Shown in pieces: positions 13,401-25,945 of a DNA stretch of 64,000 nt (position 1 is its first letter; each line of letters opens with the position of its first letter). The notes below the pieces were generated by a model, which saw only the letters and a list, made by a program, of their open reading frames with translations, did no database searches and had not been told where the DNA came from. Source of the DNA: Hypanus sabinus (lineage: Eukaryota); the NCBI RefSeq assembly GCF_030144855.1, contig NC_082715.1, positions 144,832,001 through 144,896,000 of the forward strand, written 5' to 3'. A program made the translations under genes and the position numbers.

Positions 13401-13678
13401 ACTGTTTCCATAGTGACATCAAGTTACCTGCAGACTATTCGATCTGCCTCCTGTTAGAATTGATGCCAGATGGATCAGTTTGCAACACTCGGACGTACCG
13501 GGCACTATGGGGTGACTCCGGGCCTGGCACCTCCTTCGTCTCACCGGGTTGGGCACCTGCGCGTTGTACTGCTCCTGCTCCCAGCATCCTCGCTTGGTGG
13601 ATCTTCAAGCCACGATCGTTCTTGCAGATTTTGCCACATGCACACTGCTTGCTCATAGTCATTTGTCCATTGCCTTTT
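10499..13678 (-). mobile_element. Hero/Zebulon-like non-LTR retrotransposon (RT plus restriction-like endonuclease), 5' truncated, inserted in L1
   Basis: N-terminal CACGKICKNDRGLKIHQ finger, RT GIMTGCTIS and AFMDDLTV, CPLCSKQGTLEHILSSC knuckle, ELTVPWE..ERK..KY RLE; the L1 frame resumes across it (STNT / NLPF). Confidence 0.85.
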
Positions 13679-15270
13679 AATCTTCCTTTTACAATTGTAA
13701 GAAACCAATTTACTTGTTTGGGAGTAACAATCATTAAGAATTATAAATACCTATTTAAAGTAAGTTTTCTTACTTTATTAAATTATATAAAAAGAACATT
13801 AACAAATTTATCACCTCTTTCATTATCATTGATTGGCTGAATTAATTCTATTAAAATGAATTATATACCTAAATTTATAAAAATTAAATACCTAAAATTA
13901 TATTCCTATTCCAGACCTTACCTGTCTTTATTCCTAAATCCTTTTTTGATTCTCTTGACTCTATTTTATCCTCTTAACCATTGGAGAAATAAACGTCCTC
14001 GACTGAATAAAGTTCATCTCCAGAAAGTTAAAAAGAATGGAGGTTTAGCTTTACCAAATTGTAAGTTTTATTATTGGGCAGTTAATATATGGAATCTTAC
14101 GTTTAGGTTATATTGTATTAATCAGGAGGACTGTCCAGGGTGGGTTTCTATCGAAGCTAACTGTTAATATTTTTTTTATCATCTCTTTTTTGGGAACTTC
14201 ATTTCCTTTATCTTTAAGTAAAATAACTGAAAATGTGATAGTTAAACATACCTAATCTGGATACAATTTAGAAAACACTTTGCTTTATTGAGATTTTCCC
14301 TTTCTAGTTCCATTTTTCTTAATTATTTTTAAGCCCTCTATGACTGATTAAGTTTTTAAACAATGGGATAGATTAGGTATTAAATGTTTCCAGGATTTGT
14401 TTGTGGAGGAAGTCTTTCTTCGTTCGAACAACTGTCAACTAAATAAATATAATGAAATTTTGAAACTGGTTAATACTTCATCGTTATGTGCCCGTCATTC
14501 CCTCTTACAATTTAAAGTGGTCCATAGGGCTTATATGACCAAGGATAAGCTATCTCGTTTTTAAATGGATGTATCTCCCTACTGTGATAGGTGTAACAAT
14601 GGTGAAGCTTCATTCATTCATATGTTTTGGACATGTCCAAGTCATGAAAAATATTGGAAGGAAGTATTCCAAACTTTTACTGTACTTTTTGAAGTAAATT
14701 TTATGTCGAATCCTTTGACCGCCTTACTTGGCATTCTTTGAGGAAAAGATATCATCTTGAAGACATCTGACTTGCATATTCTGGCTTTTATATCTCTTAT
14801 GGCTAGGAGGGTGCTCTTGCTTAAATGGAAGGATGCTGCTCAACCTAATCAAGCTGAGTGGTTATGGGATGTTACGGCATGCTTAAATTTAGAAAAGATT
14901 CGTTGTTCAATTTCTGAATCTGACCAAGATTTTCAAAATTTGTGGGGACCGTTTTTGAGTTATTTTCAAAACCTTTGATTTCCCGTTAAAGTACAGATGC
15001 TGGTTAATAGCATATTTCAATATCAGATAAGGTTTTGTTTTTTCCTATTTTTTCTTTACTGAACAGCTTCGGCTTTGATAGTGTGTATATATATAAAATT
15101 CATATCTCAACATACAATTTAATCTAATCTACATGAATATAGGGTTCTTAAATGTGATTCAAATATAATGTATTTGGTATTATATATTTCTTTTGTTTGA
15201 TAATATGTATTTTTGAACTCTGCATTCTTCCATGTAGAAATTAATAAAAATATTGAAAAAGAAAAAAAGA
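13679..15270 (+). mobile_element. L1 ORF2 3' part, 3' UTR and poly(A) tail
   Basis: LPFTIVRNQFTCLGV, GGLALPN, CDRCNNGEASFIHMFWTC, A-rich tail near 15243-15273. Confidence 0.9.
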
Positions 15271-15274
15271 AAAA

Positions 15275-15700
15275 CTTTATAAAGCTCCACATCTGGGGTA
15301 TTGCAGACAGCTCTGCTTGTACAAATATTTGAAGGATGTAGAGGCTTTGGAGAGGGTATAGAAGGAATTTAGCAGGGTACTGCCTGGATTAGAGGGCATG
15401 TACGTTATTGAGAGTTTGGGAAAACTTGGGTTGTTTTCCCTAGAGTGGCGGAGTCTGCGTGGAGATCTGATAGAGGGTTATAAGATTATAAGAGGCATAG
15501 ATAGAGTAGACAGACGCTATCTTTTTCCCAGCGTTGAAATGTCTAATACCAGACATCATGCATTTAAAGTGAGAGGGTGTAAGTTCAAAGGAGGTGTGAG
15601 GGTCAAGTTTTCTTATATAGAGAATGGTGAGTTTCTGGAATGCAATGCCTGGGGCAGTGGTAGAGGCAAATATATTGAAGACTTTTGAGAGACGTTTCAA
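15275..15700 (+). mobile_element. CR1 LINE 3' fragment
   Basis: LGLFSLEWRSLRGDLIEGYKIIRGIDRVD. Confidence 0.9.
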
Positions 15701-15701
15701 A

Positions 15702-15703
<2 letters not shown>

Positions 15704-15734
<31 letters not shown>
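15704..15734. repeat. (AC)n microsatellite
   Basis: About 15 perfect units. Confidence 0.98.
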
Positions 15735-15735
<1 letters not shown>

Positions 15736-16424
15736 GGTTGTACTTCTCATGTATACATAAGTAGTAAATCTTATCATTTAAAAATATGGTCAGCCAAGCC
15801 ACTTTAATTATCCAATATTATCATTTAAAATAATTATGCAGGATGATGGAAAATTAATATGGTTGTGATGAGAACACAAGAACACATGAAATATCTTTGG
15901 AAGTCCCTGCTCTAAGGGGCTGTGCAGGGGCCGTTATTGGGTGTATTCAATCTGACGATGAGCTGATAAATGTATATCAGGTGAGTCAAGGGATATGCAG
16001 TCTACATAGCATAATGCACTGTGGTAAAGAAGGAGCCATCAACTTATAGAATTACAGAGAAAGCACGAGGAGTTGAATGGCCTACTCTTATCATTGTTTC
16101 TGTTGTTGTTTTCTCAGGTGACATTGTAATATATGTTATAAAAACAATATTATTGTAACCTAAATGTGCAAAAACAATCACATATACACTATCCAACATT
16201 CTCTAAATGCACCTATATTGATGCAGCCTCAGGACTCCAGTTTACACTGGGCCACAATTTTTTTTAACCAAGTTATTGATGGTACTGGTAATCATGAATG
16301 CTACAAGCAAGTAATGGAATGATGAGGTAGCATCTGTGGAGAGAGAAATTGCTGATAATTCAATGCAAATTTCCACCAGAAAAAATGATGATTCATTTAG
16401 CTCATTGATCTTCCTGCCCTGTTC

Positions 16425-16990
16425 CATAGAAGCATAGAAACATAGAAAATAGGTGCAGGAGTAGGCCATTCGGCTCTTCAAGTCTGCACCGCCATTCAGT
16501 ATGATCATGGCTGATCATCCAACTCAGAACCCTGTATCCGCTTTCACTCCATACCCCCTAAACCCTTTAGCCACAAGGGGCATATCTAAATTCCTCGTAA
16601 ATATACCCAATGAACCGGCCTCAACTGTTTCCTGTGGCAGAGAATTCCACAGATTCACCACTCTCTGTGTGAAGAAGTTTCTCCTCATCTCGGTCCTAAA
16701 AGGCTTCCCCTTTATCCTTAAACTGTGACCCCTCGTTCTGGACTTCTCCAACATCGGAAACAATCTTCCTGCATCTAACCTGTCCAATCCCTTTAGAATT
16801 TTATACGTTTCAATAAGATCCTCCTTCAGTCTTCTAAATTCCAGCGAATTCCTAGTCGATCCAGTTTTTCTTCATATGAAAGTCCTGTCATCCCAGGAAT
16901 CAATCTGGTGAACCTTCGTTGTACTCCTTCTTTGGCAAGAATATCTTTCATTAGATTAGGGGACCAAAACTGCACACAATACTCTAGGTT
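16425..16990 (-). mobile_element. CR1 LINE 3' end
   Basis: SRTRGHSLRIKGKPFRTEMRRNFFTQRVVNLWNSLP; CATAGAAA tail repeats at 16425-16450. Confidence 0.95.
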
Positions 16991-17129
16991 GAATCATTTG
17001 CTACATATATATGCTGTTTTGTAGGAAAGAATTGCAGCAGTGTAGATGAACATCACAAAGAGACAAATAGAATGTATTAAGGCAAAAGAGATTCCACAGA
17101 TTCCAAAATCTTGAGCAAATACTACTTCT

Positions 17130-17990
17130 GGCAAGATAGCAGCTTGTTTGGTCGCAGCGGCTTCTACAGAGTCAACAAAGGTGCTACTGTCATGTATATT
17201 TTAATGAGCGCAAGATGCTGCTGAATATTAAGAAATTTAAGGTACTGCAGGCCTGCCCCATTAGCAAGTTGGTCATTGGCAGAGAAAGTGAAGGAGTGGT
17301 GCATCGTGCTACTGCCTGAATTTAAAGACACTTATGGTCCAATACTGAGTGACTGCCTTGGTCACTTTTCCTGGTGATGGCAAGACACTTTTGGACATTG
17401 TTATTGTGGAATACTGCATGTTTGACTCTCTGATTTATTAGAGAGCAAGGACTGTCGGCAGGTGAGCTAAGTTTCCCTGGTCATAATGGGGGCAAGGTCT
17501 CAAGCTGCGGTGTCACATGTTTACAGTTGCCAGGAGAGAGGCATTGGTGCCAGCGTGCTACACCACGGGAGGTGAGGTGCAGCTGCCTTCCATGTGCCAG
17601 GACTAGGCCTCAAGCCATCCTGTTGCCTGTTTCCAGCTGCCAGGGACAGGCATCGGAGATGGGGCACTCCACCAGAGGCGGTGTGGTGTGACGTCCAGGC
17701 TGGAGATGGTGCTCCCACTGCCTCACCAGTGTTCGCTGAGCAAAAGAGAAGCTATGTCGTTGCCCTCTGCAGATTTCGGTTGCATTGGATGGCCTGAGTC
17801 TGGACTCACTTACTGAGTGTCTGTATCTTCCCATCTTATAAATGTTATGTGTGCTTTGTGCTGTGTGTGGCTGTTGGTACTGGGTTTTTCCCCTTGACCC
17901 CAGAGTAACGCTGTCTTGTTTTGTTGTATCCATGAGTATACGTGTATGGTCAAATGACAATTAAACTTCAACTGAGTTGAACAGAATTGA
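17130..17990 (+). repeat. Unclassified non-autonomous repeat with LINE-like tail
   Basis: Ends in caaatgacaattaaacttcaactgagttgaac; no recognisable ORF. Confidence 0.3.
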
Positions 17991-17994
17991 ATAC

Positions 17995-18076
17995 ACAGAG
18001 TGCTGAAGGAATTCAACAAATCAGACAGCATCTATAGAGGGAAATGAACAGTTGACATTTCGGTCCAAGATCCTTC
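17995..18076 (-). mobile_element. Penelope pLTR fragment with truncated hammerhead (no CUGA)
   Basis: gaaggatcttggaccgaaatgtcaactg...atagatgctgtctg, homologous to the 28845 and 58016 copies. Confidence 0.65.
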
Positions 18077-18979
18077 GGGTGGTGATTCCACAGTAACATG
18101 ATTGAATGGGCTACTATAGAAGGAAGAAAGCTTCTTAAATTTGAAGGCAAACATAAATTCACTGCTGCCTTTATTCTCTGAACACAGCCTTTCGTTTATT
18201 GAGAGAAAGGATATTTGGAAATAATTCACAATCTTAGATGCTGCCTAACCTGCTGAGTTCCTGCTGCATGTGGCGTGTTCCTTTACAATTGACAGCAGAC
18301 CTAATGCTAAAGTCATGTTCTACAGGACTACAAAGGTACTTGCTCTCTAGGATTCTTCTGCAATATGGACTAGCTACAGCAGGGATCTCAAAACACTGAA
18401 AATATCTCAACAGCACTGTATGTGCCCTATATCGGAGTCCTTAAACTGATGTTATTTTCTAAGAAAACATATGAAAACTGCATGGAGTCTGGAGCACAAA
18501 AAGTAACTGTAGGAGAAATGCAGCATGTTAGCAGCATCAGTGGAAGCTGATATATGGTCTCCAAGTAAAAAATGGACCAACTCACCCACCTCCACAGATG
18601 CTGCCTGCCCGGTTGACTCTCTCCACAGACTTTGAAATTCATTCTATTCTGAGCTCTGTCACAGAAAAAAGTTATCGGAGGAATAGGTAAAATTATTAAG
18701 TAATGTGTTCAAAGCTTCTTGACGGCAGCCAAAAACACTTTCTGAATCAATCCAGCATTTCCAGTAATTCCTGCGGATCCATATCCTGGGGACAATTCAA
18801 AGTGAAGAAGAGGCATTTGGATGGTATTGAGAACCTCCAGACAATGAAGCAGGAATATACAGAAACACTGCAGGAGGTGCGGAAGGAATAAGAAACTATT
18901 CAACCTCCTGTCCCTCTATGGAAGCCTTCAGATTCACATTAGCCCCAGTCGCCATGATAGAACCCACAAAACTAGAATG

Positions 18980-19380
18980 TCAGTCACCAACGATCCTGAG
19001 GGAATGCTGAAGAAGAAGATGACAAAGATTGGGAAGAATAGAAAACGTGCAAACCACTGCAAACAATAACGAAAGTGTAAAGTTTGTTGTTAAGTATATT
19101 ATAACGTCGTAAAGGTATACTGAATGAATGCAGGCCCTTCGGCCCAACGCATCGCTGCCGACCAAGTTGCCTCACTTGTCTGCCTTCGGCCATTAAACCC
19201 TTCCTATATGACATGTCCAAATGTGTTTTAAACTTTGTCATTTTACCCACCATTGCCACTCCTTCTGACAACTTTCTTTTACCCCTATACTTTGTATGAA
19301 TTATCTGCCCCTTGGGTCCCCTTCAAATCATTCCTATTACTTCTTGAAACTGTGCCTTCTACTCGTACACTTTACTAAGC
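18980..19380 (-). mobile_element. Old CR1 3' end
   Basis: KFKTHLDM..GRQ..LGRQRCVGPKG resembles the CR1 3' terminus. Confidence 0.6.
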
Positions 19381-19619
19381 CCGATAAAACAAAAAATTAT
19401 AAAATGCATTTAATTACTTTTCCTCTATATTCTTAAACTATTCCTTTGTTGAATAAAGTGGGTGGAAAAGATGGGATAGTTAGATAAAGGTATGTTGCAT
19501 ATGGAATTTTCTAGTTAGCGGGCGGTTTCCTTCCAGCGCTGGAAATCGTTTACCAGGCAAGTTATGGCAATATTCTTTTAAAGGTTTTTTTTTCTAAAGA
19601 GAACAACAGCTCTTAACGG

Positions 19620-19690
19620 GATCCAGCTGGATTCGAACTCGGGACCTCTCCGAAATCCAGCGCTGATGCAACTACACCACCAACGGCTCG
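19620..19690 (-). mobile_element. tRNA-derived SINE head (Pol III A and B boxes)
   Basis: Minus: TGGTGTAGTTG (A box) ... GAGTTCGAATCC (B box); no full cloverleaf. Confidence 0.65.
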
Positions 19691-20424
19691 ATATTAAGAT
19701 ATGTGACAAAAATGTATCGTATCCACAAATATATCCATAATATTTACCTCTCGTTTTATGTCCGTTTTATGAACAACTTGTCAAAGGTTCACGTCCTGTT
19801 TACTGAACACCCCGGTCATCCCCACAGCACAAATAGGCCGCAACTGCTGCCGATGATCCATACATGAGAACTTTAAACATGAAACGTTTCCAGATATCAG
19901 TCGCTTTGAAATATTATTACTCTCTTATACATTCTCGTCAACAGAACTTGTGCTTTATTGAGTATTCATTTCAATAAATCTGAGGATTTAAATAAGGCAT
20001 TGAAGAGTATAAACTGCTGAACTTCTGTGGTGAATAAAGCAAGCGTTGCTATCTTCAATTGAGTGTTCCGCCTATGTGATTTGTTTCATACTTCTTGTCT
20101 CAATTAAAGTAAACTTCATGGAGAAGGCGAATTAGCCTGACACACGTGGTAGGGAATAAAGGACAGAATTAATTATTAAAGTCGTTATATCATTGAGGCG
20201 GTAGGCTTCAACATAGAAAGGGATCAGTGACAGTATTTGGACTTCTAATACTCCTCAAAACGGTAACTGTACCTGATAGCAGAGGCAATATATTGGCGTG
20301 ATACAGTATTGAATAATGTGCAGGAAACAGTAATTACCGAACGAAGGATAATTTCAGGTTGTCAACCTATGACCAATGAGATGTCGCAGGGATTAGTGCT
20401 GGCATAAAGTATACGAATAACTTA

Positions 20425-20508
20425 CAGCAAGATTTCTCAATCCGGTGTCCACGGATTTCTCGGTAAATAGAAAGGGTCCACGGTATAAAAAATGGTTGGG
20501 AACCCCTG
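20425..20508. mobile_element. Short hAT-type MITE remnant
   Basis: Right terminus GGTTGGGAACCCCTG; degenerate left terminus CAGCAAGATTTCTCAATCC. Confidence 0.5.
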
Positions 20509-21253
20509 ATTTACAGGAAGAAAGCAACTACATTTCGGGCTGTGGGGAAGAGTCAGATAGATTTAAACGGTGCAAGGAGAGTTGGAAAGGGCCGCGGGGA
20601 AAGGTGGGGGGTGTCGATGAGTCGGAAAAACCACGAGGGCAGGCGCCACTGTGTGATGGGATGGAGGCGACAAAGTAGATGCTGAACAATCGGCGTATGT
20701 TGGATTTCACTGCAAAAGGACCAACTTAATTCTGTAATAATGTTGTGACGTTCAAACTCGGGGCTCGGCTCCTGTCAGTATTTTTGAGCAAAAGTTGTTC
20801 ACAATCGTTTTCAGCCGATGCACTCATGTGGGTTTCAATGTCATTGGTAGTGGTTGTCACTTACTTGATTTTCTCCGCTTATATACAGAGAAGGCGTGTT
20901 TGAAGAATATCAACTTTTCCAATGCCCTGATAAACAAATAAGTATGAATCGCAGCGCGGAACGAGTGAACGACTTGCTCTACCGCCCTGGAGTGCCCGGT
21001 GCGGGCAAACTTGCGCCCCACGTTGCTATTTCGATGGGTGAAAGCTACTTTCAAAAAGCAGGTCAACAGCTCTTTGAACCTCATATATGGACTTATTTAG
21101 CAGCGGTGATCTCTGCAGTGCGCCGGAATCTGCGGAAACCGCATCCGCCCCAACACATTAGAAGCATAACAGTAATCGGTGCTTCAAACTCTGGTAACTC
21201 AATCACACCTCGGCTATTCCGACACTAACAGCCTCCGGTACAGTCTCGTAAGC

Positions 21254-21674
21254 ATGAATCTTGTTATATTTATATCAGTATATGTATCTACTTTCTGCAC
21301 AGGCTGGTCACAAAGTGTCACAGAAGGGATTCGTGTTCACCAAACACCCAGTTATCTCACAGTACCCGAAGGGGGGAGGGCGAATCTGATCTGCAACTTT
21401 TCTGCGGATAACATTCCCGACTTTGCAATCAACTGGCTTCATCGATCAGAAAAGTCAACGAATCAAACATTCATAGCTTACATGAACAACACATACAAAA
21501 GAAACCTTTTTATCGAGGTGGAAATTACCAAAGAGCAAAGCATAATCAGAAGCGAGTTTTCAATAAATAATCTTCAGCAAGAAGACAGCGGCACATATTA
21601 CTGTGAACTGATGACTCTAAATCCGCCATCCACTGGAGGTTTCGTGGGCAACGGAAGCCGGTTGATCGTGATAG
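21254..21674 (+). CDS. Ig V-set domain exon with germline-encoded J-like G strand (NKp30/CD28-CTLA4-like or PRARP/VJC1-like), with possible in-exon signal peptide
   Basis: Open frame MNLVIFISVYVSTFCTG..IRVHQTP..LIC(21392)..INW..DSGTYYC(21602)ELMTLNPPSTGGFVGNGSRLIVI; phase-1 donor GTAGGA at 21675; alternative phase-1 acceptor ttctgcacag at 21301-21302; no RSS. Confidence 0.9.
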
Positions 21675-22849
21675 GTAGGATTTATGATTAAGTTTAAATA
21701 CATGGAAATATACTGTATTCGGATTTATTGAAATTGAACTTACATTCACGATTACATGTTTATCAGCGACGCAAAGATTCAATTGAACAGTAGACTGAGT
21801 TCATGATCTCAAAATTTAAAAAAAAAAGCTGGAGCTGCCGCTGATCAACAGTACCAGGTCGGGATTTGGGCAGGAGGACTTGTGTGAAGGGATGTCGGCT
21901 GAATGACTCGCCCCGATCTTTCCCGACTGTCAATAAAGGGTGTTGAGGTGTGCTAGGATGCAGGGAGGTGAAGGCAGCAGCTTGCTCGGCCATACAGCCA
22001 GATTCTCAAAGTAGCCGAGAGACACGGCCCTTCTGCAATAGTAAGACTGGTCAGCATTTCCAAATGCGTTGTCATCCGTCACAAGCAAAACAGGCACCTG
22101 GGGAGACGGAAGCGAACGGAACATAGTATAGGTGTGTTCCACTTTCAAACAGTTTTATGGAATCAATGTAGATAACTTTAAAATATCTGGCTTCAGCTCT
22201 ACTGTATTTTAGTAATTAACATTAATGCGTGTGGAAGATCTGGGTCAAATTGGACGCACCTATTTGACCGAAACATTGCCACCTAGTCGGTACGTTTACC
22301 AGTCGAGGCCACTCTTTGTTCCATCTGAACTGCGCGGCTGCGTGGCCGCACAGTACAAGCAATGCCCCCGCGCACGGCGTTTTCGTCGCTGCGCTGCTGG
22401 AGTAAAGACAGCCGGAAAAATGCTTAGGAAACATGAAGGTTTTTTCTTTGTTGTAACGTATTTCATGATACCAATTCAATTATTAAATAAAATCAATGGT
22501 ATGAGATTTTTTCGATGTTCATTTTAAGTATTCACAGGTGTCAGGCAGATTTCAGGCCGCGTTAAAAATTTCCTGCTCAGAGCAATGGCTGATCGGCGCA
22601 GCTGTAAGCAAAAATAGAGGGAGCGTTAGTCAAAGTAAATTAATTATCAAAGTATGTATATATCACTATAGCTGCCTTGAGATTCACTTTCTTGTCGGAA
22701 ATTCCAGGAAAATAAAGACATATATTAGAATTTATGAAAAACTATACATAAAGGCTGACAAATCAATATGCAAAATAGGCAAATAACCTCTCCTACATGT
22801 AATTTATTCTTCTCATAGGTATATTCAATCAGTGTTTCTTATTCTTTTT

Positions 22850-23170
22850 AAGCTCATCACCCCCTATGTGGCATAAACCGCCGACAGAAGCTCGCCGGAG
22901 TCTTTTTGAAGTTATCCCCAGGTGCAGACCATCTTACGTCTTCTAAACGAAGAACTTTCCTCTCCCAGGGATGAATTCTTCGGAGCTTATTTCGGCTTCT
23001 TCTAGCTCCAATTTCTTTATGGAATGGGGTTGCTAGCCCCATGTCCATTCCTCCTCTTTTTGCAGTTCAATCAGAGCTTGTATCTTTTTTTGATCGGTTT
23101 CAGGATACCGAATGTCAGCGGTACTCTTATGCCTGGAAATGAAGACCATTGCAGATCAGATAACTGGATA
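22850..23170 (-). mobile_element. RTE-related non-autonomous fragment
   Basis: Minus terminus ..atgccacatagggggtgatgagcttaa resembles RTE-type 3' ends. Confidence 0.45.
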
Positions 23171-24843
23171 TCCTCTCCATAAATAAACACAATCGCTTTG
23201 AATCGTCCTACTGTTACTCGAACTGTCGACTTTTACATTTAAATTTTCTGAAAGTCGTTGCACAATTTATTCAAGGATAGCCACGGAGCTGCAAAAGCAG
23301 GCAATAGCATAAACTGGAAGATCTGGACATATTGTGATTTAAAGAAATAAACGCAGGAAATCTGAGATAAAACACGAAATAAATTAATACAGTCAGCAGG
23401 TCAAGCAACGAATGTTACTGTCTCTACTCTAATATATCTCTGCTCTAATATTTTATTTATCTAATTCTATAACAGGTGCCAGGTAAAAATGCCGATTCTG
23501 TGTGTTGACGCCAATGCACACAGAGCCTGAAACACTAACGTGCGGTTACGAATTGATCATTTCTCAGAATTCAGGAAACTCCCTCCTGAACCTTTTAAAA
23601 CTTGATGTCATCTGTTGTATTTTAATAAAACGCACTTCGCTAATAAGAGAAATTCACCTCAATAAGGACCAAACTTCTAATAAATTCATTTGATGTAGTT
23701 TACACAGTATTGTGAAGAGATCTCAACGCATTGTGGGCCAGCTCGCTGCGATAATAGCAATGATAATTTTGGTTGTTTTTTTTAAGTTTTAGTTATATTT
23801 GTTGAAGTAAATATAGTTTGCTATAATGGTTATAGCAATAATAGCCATTATTATCTTAATTCTCGATAAGGATCCGAGATCCAGACGAACTACCGTCGAT
23901 GGATTTATTTGCCGATGGGCATGCTCCTACTGGTTACATTTCTCTTAACCGCAAGGCGTTGGAATGCGGAACGTGAGTATTGTGCTTTTGCCACCAATAT
24001 TAGAAGCACGCGCAATTTTCGCTGCAAATAACCAATATAGACTTTCTATAGTAGTAGATTTTTAACAAAATGCTCCGTTAAAATGGACACGATTGGGGGT
24101 CGGTTTCAAATAATGATCGTGGATCCAAGAAATGTACAGGACAAAGGAGCCTATTTGGCGCATCTTAATCCGTCCTGGAGTATGTTTAAATACGGCAATT
24201 AACTGTCTGGAAAGGCGTAACACTGCAGTGATTTTAAAATCAACTCTGAGAAAATATCAGTATAATAAATCAGTCGCACCTTTTCTTTTATTGATTCGAG
24301 ATAGAATATTAAAACAATTCCTGCATTTATCCTCATGTCGGTACTTAATACCTTCACTCCAATAATCAACCTTTTCCTTATTGTATCACACTCTACGTTT
24401 TGGCTTTACTCAAATATACAATAGTCGCTAACGTTCGTAATAACACTGAAGAAGTCCTCTAGTCCTAAACTGATCGGATGTTTTGTTATCTTAATTTTAG
24501 TTTCCTTGTTTCTTTGTTTTCTGCTTCGGGTTACTCAGTTCATATTTGCTTACTTTACATTGCGCAATGTCCTTCAGGACTTTAAGAATTAGCTGTTGAT
24601 TATGCTTGAAATGTAACATATGAGACTGAATATCACCAGTAATATGTTCTCAACAATGCCCCACGCATAGTTTGGGGAAATAAAGAGTAATATCGTTATC
24701 CCTTAAATTTATTTGTATTAATGACCAATATCACTTCCATGTTTATAACAGCGTTGCTAGATTCCATGGCCGTTCCCCTAATATGTTCACTGATGTTGTC
24801 CCCGTGAATCAAAATAGGACATACATGGTAAATGGTAGGGCAT

Positions 24844-24844
<1 letters not shown>

Positions 24845-24907
<63 letters not shown>
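24845..24907. repeat. (GT)n microsatellite
   Basis: About 31 perfect units. Confidence 0.98.
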
Positions 24908-24908
<1 letters not shown>

Positions 24909-25129
24909 TAAAAGGCAATGAAACTGTCTCTATTTCCTATACCTACAGGCAGAATATGCAGCTTTGAAAATCTGTGAAGGAGCCCCCAAGGCACAGAGTG
25001 GAGATGAGGATGAAATGTCTGTAGCTTACTCCAGTGCTGCGTAAAGATAAGATTTAGGCTGACGTTTTGACACCGTCCTTCCAGCAACTGCAACTCGCCA
25101 TCACCACTTCCGACAAGACTTCGACTAGC

Positions 25130-25945
25130 AAAGCAAATAGATTCTGGGAATCTGCAAAGAAATCAGAAATCGCTGAAGTCGTGTAGTGTGTTAGCTGGAT
25201 TGTGTTACCAGCAGAGCTTGGCTGTTATCTCCCTTGTGGGGTGGTTCAGTTCGAAGTCCGCGGTCCAGTCCGCGGTGTCCGGTCTCCGGGTTTTCCAGTG
25301 GTCCCTTGCTGTGGTTGGACTTAACTAGAAACACCTGAGGCTCATATTGGAACTGGGAATATAAGTGGCCCTGGTATTTTGTGTGTGTGTGTGTGTGCAA
25401 GATACTCATGACACAGATGGCTGGTGGAAGGCCAGAACGGACTCTTGCTATCCTTGGTATGGTATGAGAACCATGGGTTCTGGGAGCCTTGCTGGTCGTA
25501 GTCGGAGCGGTCATTGCGGTATGGATTCAGCTGTTTCCTGGGCCAGCTGGGTGGCCGTCAGTCACTCCGAGCTAGGCAGGGATCCGGTTGCTTCCGTAGC
25601 CAGCCAAGGCTGCCGGCCGTAATGGCTACTCGGAGCTACCCCGATGCAGAGGTGGAACTGTCTGTCGTTCCTTGGTGTTTGCCTCTTCCTGTCCTCGCCC
25701 CCGTGGGGGTGTCCGGCCGTTCTGCCGTTGCCCTGTGGGGGGGGGGATCTGTTTTGTCTTGTCCTGTCCTCGCCGTGGGGTAAGTCAGGCCGTTCTGCCG
25801 TTGCCCTGTGGAGGGGAGGGGATCTCTCGTTAATTCATTATGGTTATTACTCTATAGATTTACTTAGTATTATTTAGGAAATGAATCTGATGGTTGTATA
25901 TTGTGACATATATGTACATTAATAATAAGTTTACTTTGAAATTTG
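25130..25945 (+). repeat. Unclassified non-autonomous repeat with internal ~60 bp duplication and LINE-like tail
   Basis: ctgtcctcgcc..ggccgttctgccgttgccctgtgg..ggatct occurs at ~25690 and ~25763; tail aataagtttactttgaaatttgaaa. Confidence 0.5.

Noticed and set aside
19620-19690. Possible tRNA gene
   Set aside because: A and B boxes are present, but there is no acceptor stem or anticodon arm. Treated as a SINE head.
21930-22148. Minus ORF containing DQSYYC, a possible second V segment
   Set aside because: No B-strand Cys, core Trp or J motif, and the other frames are closed. Likely chance.
23815-23870. Hydrophobic run FAIMVIAIIAIIILIL
   Set aside because: Comes from an AAT-like low-complexity tract, with no usable acceptor in frame.
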